A stretch of 20,000 nt of DNA from Savitreella phatthalungensis (lineage: Eukaryota), in the NCBI GenBank assembly GCA_051599415.1, contig AP039709.1, forward strand, positions 236,206 to 256,205, read 5' to 3'. Below are positions 8,120 to 18,254 of this stretch, one piece after another. The notes below the pieces were generated by a model. That model worked only from the letters and a program-made list of their open reading frames with translations, was not told the DNA's origin and did not search any database. Both the position numbers and the translations under genes were made by a program. Every line of letters starts with the position of its first letter. Position 1 is the first letter of the stretch.

Positions 8120-10946
8120 TAACATGACGCTCCTCCCATGTTGCGATGCATTTGTCCAGCACTTCCATTGTGACTGGAGGGGTGTTGGGTAGAGAACTCG
8201 TGAAAGGCGTTTCTGGCTTCGGGTCTTTGTATTGCGCCCGCCACAATGGCAACATGCCTCGCGACGGGTCTTCCTCAGGCAGCCTCTCGACCTGCTCAAC
8301 CCAGTCCAGCGGCGCCGTCCTTTTCCCACCGATGCAGTCCATGACTAGATCCCAGGTAGTGGAGGTATCAGCGCTCACGATGTGGTAGACCAAGTCAGAC
8401 GGATTTTTCATGATGTCGATGATCGACTCGGCGGCAGTGTCCACAGGCAGCCAGGAGAGTCCTCCTGGCAATTCTGGGACACTGCCAACCTTACGACTTG
8501 CAGCGAAGAGCAATGGCCAGCCTTCGCGCTCCGACCAGACGCCGTGTCTCGTGTCACCGTAGAGCTGCCCAATCCTGAGGATGTGGACATCACAGACGGC
8601 TGCATACGATGCAGTGACTTGCTCTGCAACCCATTTGGACCGTGCGTAGCCGACACCGGCGGAGACGGCAGGGTCGTCGTACAATTGCGGAAGCACTGGC
8701 GCGCGTGCGTTGCCGGCTGCAGCAGTGGAAGAGCAGAAGAAGAATGTGCTGCCGTAGCGCGTGGCCAACTGAAGCAATGCGGCCAGATCCTTCAGCGAGT
8801 CTTCGAATGAGGGCAAACCAGCGTTGAAATTCACCGGCCAGGCGCAGTGAATAATAATTGAAGGTCGAACATCGTCAAGTGAGGTGATGTATTGTACATC
8901 TGGAGGATCGATCTTACGATAGGCGTATGTTTCAGCCATCCTTTCCACTGCTCCACGGACAAAGCCGACGGCAGGAATCCCGCGATTGGCTAGGACGCGC
9001 AACAGATGAGAGCCTAACCCGCCAGTGCAGCCGGTGACCAGTACTGGTCCATCAGACAATTTCTGTTCCAACTTGCCCTCTGTGTAAACGTAGCGCTTGG
9101 CCATAGCGCGCATCTCCTCGAGCGGATCCCTAGAGCTCTCATCACCGCCTCGCTTCCTCAGGATGTATGCAGCGAGTCTGCGCGCGCTTGGCTCTTCGTA
9201 AACGATGTTGCTAGGCAACTTGACCGCGAGCTCGCGAGAAAGCGCCGCGCCTATCCGTGCAGACCTGATGGAGTTGATGCCTGCATTGAAGAGGTCGTCA
9301 TCCAGTCCGACAGGCTTGCCGAGCTCGCATACGCGGTCGAGCACGTATCGCTCGAGATCATCATCGTCCACGTCCACCTGTTTGCCGTTGTCATAGGCGG
9401 CCTCGATTTCTCGCTCGAACTTGGTGTATGTGCCCTTGCGGAAGACCGTTCCCTTGGGCGTCTTCATGAAATCGACGTCGCGTGGCAAAATGACAATCAT
9501 GTCGCGGTAAAGTTGCGAATGCGAAGGAACGGTGGCGTTATAGCGCTCGATCTCGGGCCACAATTTCTCCAAGAGCTCTTCCCTTCGGAGCGTTCCTTCC
9601 AGCACCAGCGCACCGATATGATTCTTGCCGACGCCGAAGACTAGGCCGTTGCGAATATAAGGCAGGCCACGGAGGAGACCCTCGAGGGCTTTGGGATCCG
9701 CTTTCTTGCCACTCTCAAGTGTGATGACATCGTCATTCCGTCCGAGGTATCGCCATGCGTGCGGCGTCGTTGGGTGAGGCTCAAAAAGGTCTCCACTTCG
9801 ATATGAACCTTCGTGGTTAGGCTTGACGGCCAGCGCGGGCCATGCAGCGTGGATCTCCAATTCGTATGCTCCGCCTTCCCGCTCGAGCCATCTGAAGTGA
9901 CGACCACCAGGCTCGCTGCGCAGGAAGTCCCAGTCCGGGTCGTCTCGCGGCCGCCAACTGGACATCAAGAAACCACACTCACTCGAGCCCATGCGGGAAA
10001 CGAGAAATACGCCTGCACGAGTCATGTCGTCGCCCGTTTGTTTTGGTAAAGGTGCGCCCCCGACGCCAACCATGTCAAGCCGAGCCATCATGGCTAATCC
10101 GCGTTCGTCCTCCGCCAACATCTTCGCGATGTAGGGAACGCAGCTCAGAGCCTGTACAGGTCTACCGAGCTTCTCCTCACAGCACGCATGTGCAGCCAGC
10201 ACGTGTTCTGTCGTAATGCTCACATTGTCAGGAAAGATGAACAGCGGGGCGTTGGAGCACATGCTTCTGCACAAGTCGGCCGAACCGCCAGTATTGAGCG
10301 GAGTCGTGGTCAATGTTGCGAGGTCGCTCGGGATGTGCGCGTTCACAGTCGTCAGATGACGATGCGCTGTTGGCAGCGGCTTTGGTAGCCCGCTGGTCGT
10401 TCCACTAGAGTGATAGACGATTCCTGGAAGGTCGCGCTCTTGCGCTGCTGTCAGTGGTCGTTTGAACTTGGTTTCCTGGACCATGCCATCTCGCCAGAGC
10501 TTCGACGGCGGCAGCGGTCGAGCACCCTCAATGTCCAATGTGCTGATGATAGTCTTGACCTCGAGAAGCTCACACAGGTGCGAGATGACCTTTGTGGTCT
10601 GTTGCGGAGTGATTTGCAGGGCGGAGTGTCCGAGTCGCTGTACCGCCAGCATGGTGAACATCAGATCAAGATTTGAAGGTGCCACCAGGGCGACCGTCTG
10701 CCCCGGCTTGCCGAGGACATCTTTCAACTCCTCACATACCGCATTGACCCCGTGCAATACCTCCTTGTAGGTGTACAACTCGCATGACCACACTCCATTC
10801 AGCAGAGAGGGCTGGCCGATGATGGGTCCGTGAAACGTCTCGGCTCGTTCTTCTATCAGCTGATTGAGCGAGTCGATTCCACTTGGATGCCGCTCGTTAT
10901 AGAGTTCTGCAGGCCCTCCTGAATAACAGAGATACGGCCTTGACAT
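8100..10946 (-). CDS. NRPS-like A-T-R protein (fungal carboxylic acid reductase type)
   Basis: Adenylation motifs YHSSGTTSGLPKP, MGSSECGFL, YRSGDLFEPHP, GRNDD and KTPKG; carrier motif DLFNAGINSI; reductase VLVTGCTGGLGSH, IIHCAWPVNF, GYARSKW and LRIGQL. Confidence 0.93.
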   Translation of the reverse strand: MSRPYLCYSGGPAELYNERHPSGIDSLNQLIEERAETFHGPIIGQPSLLNGVWSCELYTYKEVLHGVNAVCEELKDVLGKPGQTVALVAPSNLDLMFTMLAVQRLGHSALQITPQQTTKVISHLCELLEVKTIISTLDIEGARPLPPSKLWRDGMVQETKFKRPLTAAQERDLPGIVYHSSGTTSGLPKPLPTAHRHLTTVNAHIPSDLATLTTTPLNTGGSADLCRSMCSNAPLFIFPDNVSITTEHVLAAHACCEEKLGRPVQALSCVPYIAKMLAEDERGLAMMARLDMVGVGGAPLPKQTGDDMTRAGVFLVSRMGSSECGFLMSSWRPRDDPDWDFLRSEPGGRHFRWLEREGGAYELEIHAAWPALAVKPNHEGSYRSGDLFEPHPTTPHAWRYLGRNDDVITLESGKKADPKALEGLLRGLPYIRNGLVFGVGKNHIGALVLEGTLRREELLEKLWPEIERYNATVPSHSQLYRDMIVILPRDVDFMKTPKGTVFRKGTYTKFEREIEAAYDNGKQVDVDDDDLERYVLDRVCELGKPVGLDDDLFNAGINSIRSARIGAALSRELAVKLPSNIVYEEPSARRLAAYILRKRGGDESSRDPLEEMRAMAKRYVYTEGKLEQKLSDGPVLVTGCTGGLGSHLLRVLANRGIPAVGFVRGAVERMAETYAYRKIDPPDVQYITSLDDVRPSIIIHCAWPVNFNAGLPSFEDSLKDLAALLQLATRYGSTFFFCSSTAAAGNARAPVLPQLYDDPAVSAGVGYARSKWVAEQVTASYAAVCDVHILRIGQLYGDTRHGVWSEREGWPLLFAASRKVGSVPELPGGLSWLPVDTAAESIIDIMKNPSDLVYHIVSADTSTTWDLVMDCIGGKRTAPLDWVEQVERLPEEDPSRGMLPLWRAQYKDPKPETPFTSSLPNTPPVTMEVLDKCIATWEERHVITCRTA

Positions 10947-11003
10947 CCTGCGTGCAGTCGGAGTATCTAAAAAATGTCGTCATCATGTTTTTTTGTTTAG
11001 CAC

Positions 11004-12059
11004 ATGCGATTGACGGTGCTCGGAAGCTCCTGCGCACAGCAGACCCTCACACGGGGTCAGACAGCGTTCGCACTCAGAGTTCATAAGGGAGTGTATCTAT
11101 TTGACTGTGGAAGCTCGACAGGCACTGCTCTGCTGAAGGCTGGGATCTCTCATAGCTCAATCAATAAGGTCTTTGTCACACACATGCATGCTGATCACGT
11201 CTCTGGACTTCCGGGTCTTCTAGTGGATATTTTGGGTGGTCATGGTGGCACGCAGTCGGATTGCGAAGCAGGCGTTGCGCGTGCTCATGTGCGCGGCCCA
11301 CTCGATGTGTATGGCCCGCGCGGCATTACAGAGTATTTGCGGACATCGTGGCGTACGACTTATTCCTCGCTTGCCGCTCACGTGCGGATACATGAGCTAT
11401 TGTGGGAAGGGGAATTGCCAAGTGGAGGTAAGCCTGTCGCAAACGAGCTAGAGGTGCCTCCTCTGAGGATGACCGGTGGCAGGTGGACGCTCGAGGACGT
11501 CGAAGCTGCGCCAATCAAGCACACCGTGCCGTGCTTGGGTTACGTTGTTCGAGAGCGATCTATTCCGCGAGAGGTGGCAATGACTATCAAACAGACTCAC
11601 AAAGACCCACAGAAGGCACTACGTCGTCTGAAAGCAGGGCACGCTGTGGACGACCACAAGGCGGAAGAGACGCAGGTCGTCATTTTGGGCGACACGAGTG
11701 ACGCATCTGGCATGCTAGAGCTTCTGACAGGCCCTGTAGCTCTGCTTGTTCACGAATCGACAAATGCATGGCTAGGAGATGGCACGATGGAAAAGGTCCG
11801 AGCGCGAGCGGCGTCACGCGGCCACTCTACACCTGAGGTAGCCGGAGCGCTCGCTCGGCGGATGAATGCGAAGAAGCTCGTGCTGTGCCACTTTTCCTCA
11901 CGATATCCAGGCGACGTGAGGCACAAACCGATGATGCAGCAGTTCGAGCATCTAGCGAGGCTAGGTGACGAGGCCACGGAAGATGCTGTGCATGCGGGAC
12001 TCGACAGAGATGGGCTCAAGGTAATTGCATCGTGGGACGGCATGAGTGTAGACGTGTAG
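11004..12059 (+). CDS. Short-form tRNase Z (ELAC1/tRNase ZS-like metallo-beta-lactamase nuclease)
   Basis: MRLTVLGSS, YLFDCG, THMHADHVSGLPG, VYGPRG, IKHTVPCLGYVV, ILGDT, HEST (HEAT-like), GHST and LCHFSSRY. Single-domain length of 351 aa. Confidence 0.9.
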   Translation: MRLTVLGSSCAQQTLTRGQTAFALRVHKGVYLFDCGSSTGTALLKAGISHSSINKVFVTHMHADHVSGLPGLLVDILGGHGGTQSDCEAGVARAHVRGPLDVYGPRGITEYLRTSWRTTYSSLAAHVRIHELLWEGELPSGGKPVANELEVPPLRMTGGRWTLEDVEAAPIKHTVPCLGYVVRERSIPREVAMTIKQTHKDPQKALRRLKAGHAVDDHKAEETQVVILGDTSDASGMLELLTGPVALLVHESTNAWLGDGTMEKVRARAASRGHSTPEVAGALARRMNAKKLVLCHFSSRYPGDVRHKPMMQQFEHLARLGDEATEDAVHAGLDRDGLKVIASWDGMSVDV

Positions 12060-12075
12060 ACCTCTAATTTCCAGA

Positions 12076-12834
12076 CTATCGTTCAGCTAATTCCTGCACC
12101 ACAACAGCAAGCTTCTGCTGCAGATACGTGATACTCTGCCGCATCACCTCATTACACGGGATCTGGCCCACCGTCTCGATGTCGAAGTAGAATTTCTCGG
12201 GCTCGCGGTTGTAGTCATACTCCTGCGGCTCTTCCCAACCTGCGTTCCGGCTCAAGGGCCACTCCGCCGCTGCATCTTCCTCGTACCAGTATTCTGTGTG
12301 CTTGAGGGAATTATGCGGGTCGTACTCGAATCCGACAGCAGAGACTGGCGCGAACTTTGCGTGCTCCTTTGCCACTCCTTTCTTCGCAATACACCGTAAC
12401 CGGATCTCCTGCTCTCTCCGTAATTTGGCCAACAAAATCCCCGGCAGCGGTGTGCCAAACTCCCCAGATGCATTACTGCTCACCAGCATGTCACTTGTCA
12501 CGTTCATCGTGCTGTCATCAGTGCAGCGCGCGTGCAGATCCAGTACAATCGCGCATTTGTCGCAGTACTGCTCACAGTCGCAATCACGCGTATACTGCAG
12601 CCGCCGATCGATATCCTCAGAATGTAATGGAACAAGGCCTAGCCTGTGGGCAAGGAATTCGTCTGGTATTACCGAGCTATTGCGCTCAATCTCGACCAGA
12701 TCGATGGCTACCGTCGGAATCTCCGCCTGCATGATCCGGCGAACGCTGTTGGCCAGCGCCAGGTCCACCCCGGACATGACGAATTGTACATTGTCTGGCG
12801 CGAGCGTTTGAATGGTGATCGAGGGGGTGGTCAT
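12076..12834 (-). CDS. RPB3: RNA polymerase II subunit 3
   Basis: First ATG at 12834 (MTTPSITIQ), LANSVRRIMQAEIPTVAIDLVEI, DEFLAHRLGLVPL, Zn site CDCEQYCDKC, AKKGVAKEHAKF and FEYDP. Confidence 0.97.
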   Translation of the reverse strand: MTTPSITIQTLAPDNVQFVMSGVDLALANSVRRIMQAEIPTVAIDLVEIERNSSVIPDEFLAHRLGLVPLHSEDIDRRLQYTRDCDCEQYCDKCAIVLDLHARCTDDSTMNVTSDMLVSSNASGEFGTPLPGILLAKLRREQEIRLRCIAKKGVAKEHAKFAPVSAVGFEYDPHNSLKHTEYWYEEDAAAEWPLSRNAGWEEPQEYDYNREPEKFYFDIETVGQIPCNEVMRQSITYLQQKLAVVVQELAER

Positions 12835-13861
12835 CGCGCGGCTTATGACATGGAGCGGTCTGTATCTCTTGTGCCCCTGCTCGTGCTTGTGCGGGCGTTC
12901 GTGCTCGTGATCGAGTAGAGATCTTGAAGCAAATCTGATCTCACAGATTTCCTGAACGCAGAGAATTACGATCTCCAAGACTAACTCACGGAGAATCGAA
13001 TTTCAGGTTTACAAAGTCTTGCGCATGCACGCCGCACGCTGCACACTATAAATCCAGGACCCGATGTCCACGTCGCGCGAGCCTTATGCGATGCCGGATG
13101 TCGAGTCGTTGAATTGAGACTCGGGCCGCCAGTGCCGTTATTCTGGCTGCTTGCTGCTGCTTCCGGCTGGCTGTACCGATCTGCTCACACAAGCGAGGAC
13201 GAACTCCATAGTGATCGAGAGAGAAAGGACTATTCACGGAAAAACCATAGACCTCTGCATCGTCCAATGATGTGCGCTGGCAATCTCTGGAAAATGTGCA
13301 GGGCCGCCCAGTCTCTACTTCATCGATGATATAAATTCTACTCTACGGTATCTTTTTTGGTATCATGTGTACAGTGTCTTGTGTGGAGGCCGACGTGAGG
13401 ACAGCTTGCCCATGAATTCTGAATGATGAATCCTGGACTTGCCGCCGATGATGTCTCCAGTGTCGCCGACCTATCCATCACTCTCTCTGCCGATGCTGAC
13501 TAACAATCCTCTTAATGCTGCCGCCAGCTGACCCTGCCATATCTGCCAAATTGGCAAATCGTGGACAGGCAGGGACTCAATCGAGGCAACAACACAGTCG
13601 AGCTCCGCGCATCAGTCAAGACGACCTGTACGGCGACGTGTTGATGCCAAATAATCGATCGAGAAGAACCTGGGCGAGGGAGGACGCTTAATTGCTCGAA
13701 CACAGAGCTTTTTTAAAACCTGTTTCGTTTTTCGTGCCTGATCCGACAGATTTCCCCGCGTGCGTACGTACACAAACCAGATCGATCGATGATCAAAACT
13801 CAGTCGTATCTCGAGATTGATCGCTTAGCCAGGATTACACAAGATCGTCTCGACTTGTGGC

Positions 13862-16742
13862 ATGCAAGTAGGCGAGGTTAGTGAGGTCGACTATGAGCTG
13901 CTCAACTCGCTCGACAGGCTCAGACCTCTCGGAGTTGTGCGCGGCAGCATATATGGCCTGGCTGGTCCAGAACCAGAGGCGCCAGACGGATGGCAGTGGC
14001 TGCCGACATGGCATGAATTCCCTGAAGAGTATAGGTATCTGCAAATCCTGCAGGCGCTTGGACTCATCCGGCTGACATACAAGATCGAGAAAGCTACTCT
14101 CAAACGTAAGCGCAGATGCACGCCTCGACCAGGTGCAACTTGCAGGGTCTACGCCGTGCCAGAGGACGTGTCGCCTGCAAAAGCACGCTTGAACTCGACT
14201 GGGCGAGCCGCCATCCGGAAGCTTCTGGAAATCGACCACTGTGAAGACGCGTGGAAAGGCAAACCCTGTGAACACGGCCCTTCTCCATCACTCACTTTCC
14301 GCCATTTACAACAATATCGGCATCACGCATAAGCAGGTCAATAGTCCTGCTGCACAAGCCGTACTGCAGAATGAGGTCTATGGGCTACGATCGAAGCTGT
14401 ATCCGTATCAGATCAGAACGGTCCATGCCATGATTGACCATGAGCTCCAACCTGGAACCATTGTCGACCCCGCGCTCGTGGACGTGGCCACACCCCAAGG
14501 CTCGCTCTACCTCGACGGGAGTATGCGCTTCTGGTCACATCCCTCGAGATATGACTGCCCGAGAGGCGGCATTCTCGGTGAAGAGCTTGGCACAGGTAAA
14601 ACTTGCGAGAGCATAGCCTTGATACTCGCGACGATGGGGGATACTGCAGAAGTGCCGGTTGGCACGATTGAAATCTCTCCAGAGGCATGCCGAAGTCTGA
14701 CAGCGCATCTCGCCAAGCAGATTAATGTATCACGACTGCCGTGGATCACCGACTCAGACGCCTTCTCTCCGGGCGTCGTTGCATTGCTCGAGAAGCATCG
14801 TGTCAGGTATGAGATCCCGAGGGCCACAAGAGCTCTTCGCGCCAGGGCTGTTTCCTCCGTATTACCGGGGAAAATCATGTACATCTCGCATGCGACTCTC
14901 ATCGTTGTGCCCGACACGCTTGTTGCTCAGTGGAGGCATGAGCTCTCAAAGCATGCGACAGACATCCTGCGCGTGCTCGTTCTAGCCCTCGCTGCCGACA
15001 AGATGCCGGCTCCGCAGACTCTGCTCGCGTACGACCTCGTTCTCATTTCACACTCGCGATTTGCCCGCGAAGAGGAGCATCAAGCATTGCCGGCCCACCC
15101 ATGCAAGTGTCCATACCTGGGCAACACGCGAGAAATTGACTGTACTTGTCCTCCACCCGCCACATATATCTCGCCTCTCTCGTCTATTCACTGGCTCCGA
15201 CTCATGGTCGATGAGGGGCATACAATGGCTACCCGGTCGACAAAGGCGGTTCGCTTCGCCTCGCAGCTCACCACGGACCGTCGTTGGATTATCAGTGGCA
15301 CACCTTCGAAAGGAATTATGGGTACCGACCTCGAGTACTCGCCTAAGCTCGAGAGGCAAGACCTCGATAGGCTTGGTCTTCTCTGCGAATTTCTTGGCTT
15401 GCCGCTCGATCGGTCCGTCTGGAGAGCTAGCATCACGGCTCCCTTCCTGAGGAGACTGCCTGGATCTGAACGTGCGGTTCGAGGGCTTCTAGCCGCTATA
15501 CTTGTCCGAAACAGACATGATGAGATTGAAGTCCGGCTACCGCCCCTCACTCGCTCCGTCGTTCTCCTTACTCCGACAGAAGAAGACTGCCTCTCGCAGA
15601 ATCTGTTCTCGGCGCTCGTGGCAGTCAACGCTGTCACCTCGCAACGCGTTGACCAGGATTACCTTTTCGACAAACGCAACGCCGCGCCGCTCGCAAAGCT
15701 CGTCCGCAACCTCCTCGTCAGCACTTTCTGGTGGACTGGAACCACCCAGAAAGATGTCGAAGCTGCGCTCGACGTCGCGCGCAAGGCACTCGGCAAATTT
15801 GGCGAGGATGCTCTCCTGCTCAGCGCGATAGGCGCCTTCGAAGCGGCTCTAGCATCTGATCTATGGCGCGCATGCTCCGATCGGCACGAGTGCCCCTACT
15901 TTGTTGAGATGCCATCTGAGTATTCTCTTGCATCGGGCGTCTCCGGTGGGACAGACCTGCTCAACGCTCGGCGAGCGCTTGAGCAAGCAGATCCGCCTCC
16001 GGAAGGTGTTGAGGTGCAAGAGTGGATTGAAGACGAGCTGGCGCAGGCCGCAGCATTGTCCTTCACAAAGAGGAAGCCTGCGAGTGCGACCGTCACGGCT
16101 GAGTCTACAGCAGAGAGCGAACTTCCATCACCGTTGTGCTCTCGGACGGGTTCAGCCAAGCTCAACTATTTGATTGATGCACTTCGTTCCACAACTGAGA
16201 AATGTCTCGTGTTCACGGAATTCGTCGATCACGCCTACCATCTCGCCGAGGCACTCGACGTCTGTCACATCCCACACTTAATCTACGTCCCTGGGCTGTC
16301 GAGTGCGCTCAAGTCCAGGTACGTCGCCGACTTCAACAACACCCAAGACTATCAAGTCATGATCCTCGACACACAGCTCGCAGCACACGGTCTCAACCTA
16401 TCGACCGCGACCAGGGTCTTTTTTGTCCAGCAGTTCTGGTCACCGGCAGTCGAGCGTCAGGCAGTTGCACGAGCGCATCGTATCGGACAAGTCTCACCCG
16501 TGCACGCCGAGGTTCTCGTTTTGAAAGGATCTCTCGAGGACGTCATGCACAGGCGCCGCGTCAAGATGTCAGGATCGCAGCTCGTCGCGGACACGCGCAC
16601 AGCCGCAGAAGATTCCGTCATCCGAAGCCATGTCCAGCAAGCACAAATGCTTTCCGGCACAAATCGACCGCTCCAGACGCCGATCGAGGTCTTTCGAGGC
16701 GTCAGACTGAAGAAGGCGAGGCAGGAAGAGTCTTCAACGTAG
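13862..16742 (+). CDS. SNF2-family ATPase (Rad5/Rad16-like group, no obvious RING), split by an apparent +1 frameshift near 14255-14295
   Basis: Q motif LYPYQ, motif I GGILGEELGTGKT, Ia TLIVVP, II MVDEGH, III ISGTP, HelicC AHGLNL and VI QAVARAHRIGQ. The upstream ORF 13862-14332 probably supplies the N-terminus because the main frame has no ATG until 14430. Confidence 0.85.
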
Positions 16743-17027
16743 GACTGCTCAATGAGGTGACAAGCGAGAGATTCGCATACAGCAATCGGGTGGACCAAGT
16801 CTCAATCTGATGTGTTCGGCTTCACAAACGAGTATAGACATTTCGAGCATTGCATTGCATTGTATAGCTTGGTTGATGCTTATCCGTTTGATCGGCGGGC
16901 GGTGATGAGTAGAACAAATGCTCGACATGGACGATCCTAATTGCGAGGACCGATTTAAAGCATTAATTATTCTCCACGGGCGATGTGACCAAAGGAGAAA
17001 TGAATGTCAGGTGAACTCGAAAGGCGA

Positions 17028-18020
17028 TCAGCCAGCAAAACGTCCTCTTAGACCAGTCCAATCCTGCATATTACTGCATGACGTCAAAGAGTTGTGAAAG
17101 TTCTTTTGTGCAAGCCAATCGTTATTTTCATCATGCAGAGCTTCATAAAGATATCCAGTGAATGTCTTTCTGACAAGCTTGTACTGCATCTCACAATCCC
17201 CTGTGACAGGGATGCGCCTTGTCAGTCTGTGGGTTGCGTGCATGGCCAAGTACAACAATTGACAAATTGCTGGAGTAATCTCTTCCACAAGCTAATCTTC
17301 TGGCAGCATAAACTTTGGGAAGTACTTTTCCTGATTTCACTGATCATTGATGTATGTTGAATGATTGGGAACAGCAGCAAGACTGCAGACAACGTTCAAA
17401 CCATGAAAGTAATGCTTCAAGGTGAACCCTGCTGCAATGAAGAAGTCTTCTGCCACCTGGGCCTTTGTTAGGCACTCCGTGTATGTTAAATTGCTGCATT
17501 TGCCATCCATTGTGTCAGGTACAGCCATCACAAAAACAAAGTTGGTGGCATCAATGGCATGTCTGTCAATGAAGTTGCGCTTGATGAAGTGGGCAATCAA
17601 GCTCTTCTGTCCCTCTTGCACAGCGTCAAAAGTGTGCTGCAGAGGTTGGAAGGGCCACCGGCTAACATGGGCGCTTCCACTCAGATTGGCCAACATACAT
17701 GCTCAGAGGCTCCTTGCGCACATCACAAGCCTTGTGATTGCATGCATCTGTATTGCATGCATCTTCAGGAGTATACATCACATGCAGTACATGATTGGAA
17801 CCGTGCTGAATGGTGTTCCTTTGTTTGCACACAGCATCTGCTTGACAGCCGCCAGGAGTGTTTGCCAAGAAACAGTGTTCTTGCAGACCGCAATTGCGTC
17901 TTTGTTGAACGCAAGTTTCAACGCATCTGTGGACAGACAAGTGTTTGGATCAAGGAGATCCTGGGCAGATACATACAACCGCATGATTGAATTACTTTCC
18001 AGAAACTTTTGAGAAGCATA
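17028..18020 (-). pseudogene. Decayed subtelomeric ORF of unknown family
   Basis: Minus-strand ORFs 17778-17984, 17337-17696 and 17028-17288 share one frame and are separated by single stops (TGA 17778-80, TGA 17703-05, TGA 17337-39, TAG 17292-94). Excess Cys/His/Met/Gln codons fit CpG transitions. Confidence 0.6.
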
Positions 18021-18225
18021 TTGCAGCTAACAGGACCTATCTCTTTTGTTTAGAAGAGAATCATTTTTGTGCGCACTGTAGCGTTCAGTGATGGCTGGAA
18101 AGATCAAATGGCAAAGCATCTGGCCACAAAGACATGTCCCATATATATTCTGTTCAAAAATCCCAAACTGTTTTCAGCGAAGACAGAATATAGCCATGAA
18201 GATGGAAATAAAACACTGCATAGCA

Positions 18226-18253
18226 TCCCTAACTGTAAGTCAACAGTTAGGGA
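18226..18253. repeat. Perfect 11-bp inverted repeat whose arms contain CCCTAA/TTAGGG
   Basis: TCCCTAACTGT-aagtca-ACAGTTAGGGA. Confidence 0.9.
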
Positions 18254-18254
18254 C

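Noticed and set aside
1..10946. Secondary-metabolite cluster made of the MFS transporter, Zn regulator and NRPS-like gene
   Set aside because: The genes are separated by unrelated housekeeping genes (GET2, DIC1, COX11, TRL1) and there are no tailoring enzymes.
12835..12978. 48-aa N-terminal extension of RPB3 in the ORF track
   Set aside because: Starts at a non-ATG codon; homology begins at ATG 12834.
13000..13510. Telomerase RNA, suggested by Sm-like CTTTTTTG|GTAT and a downstream CTAAC
   Set aside because: No CTAACCC-type template is present in the region.
17422..18012. Plus-strand ORFs of 196 and 143 aa
   Set aside because: Better explained as antisense shadows of the decayed minus-strand frame; no protein motifs.
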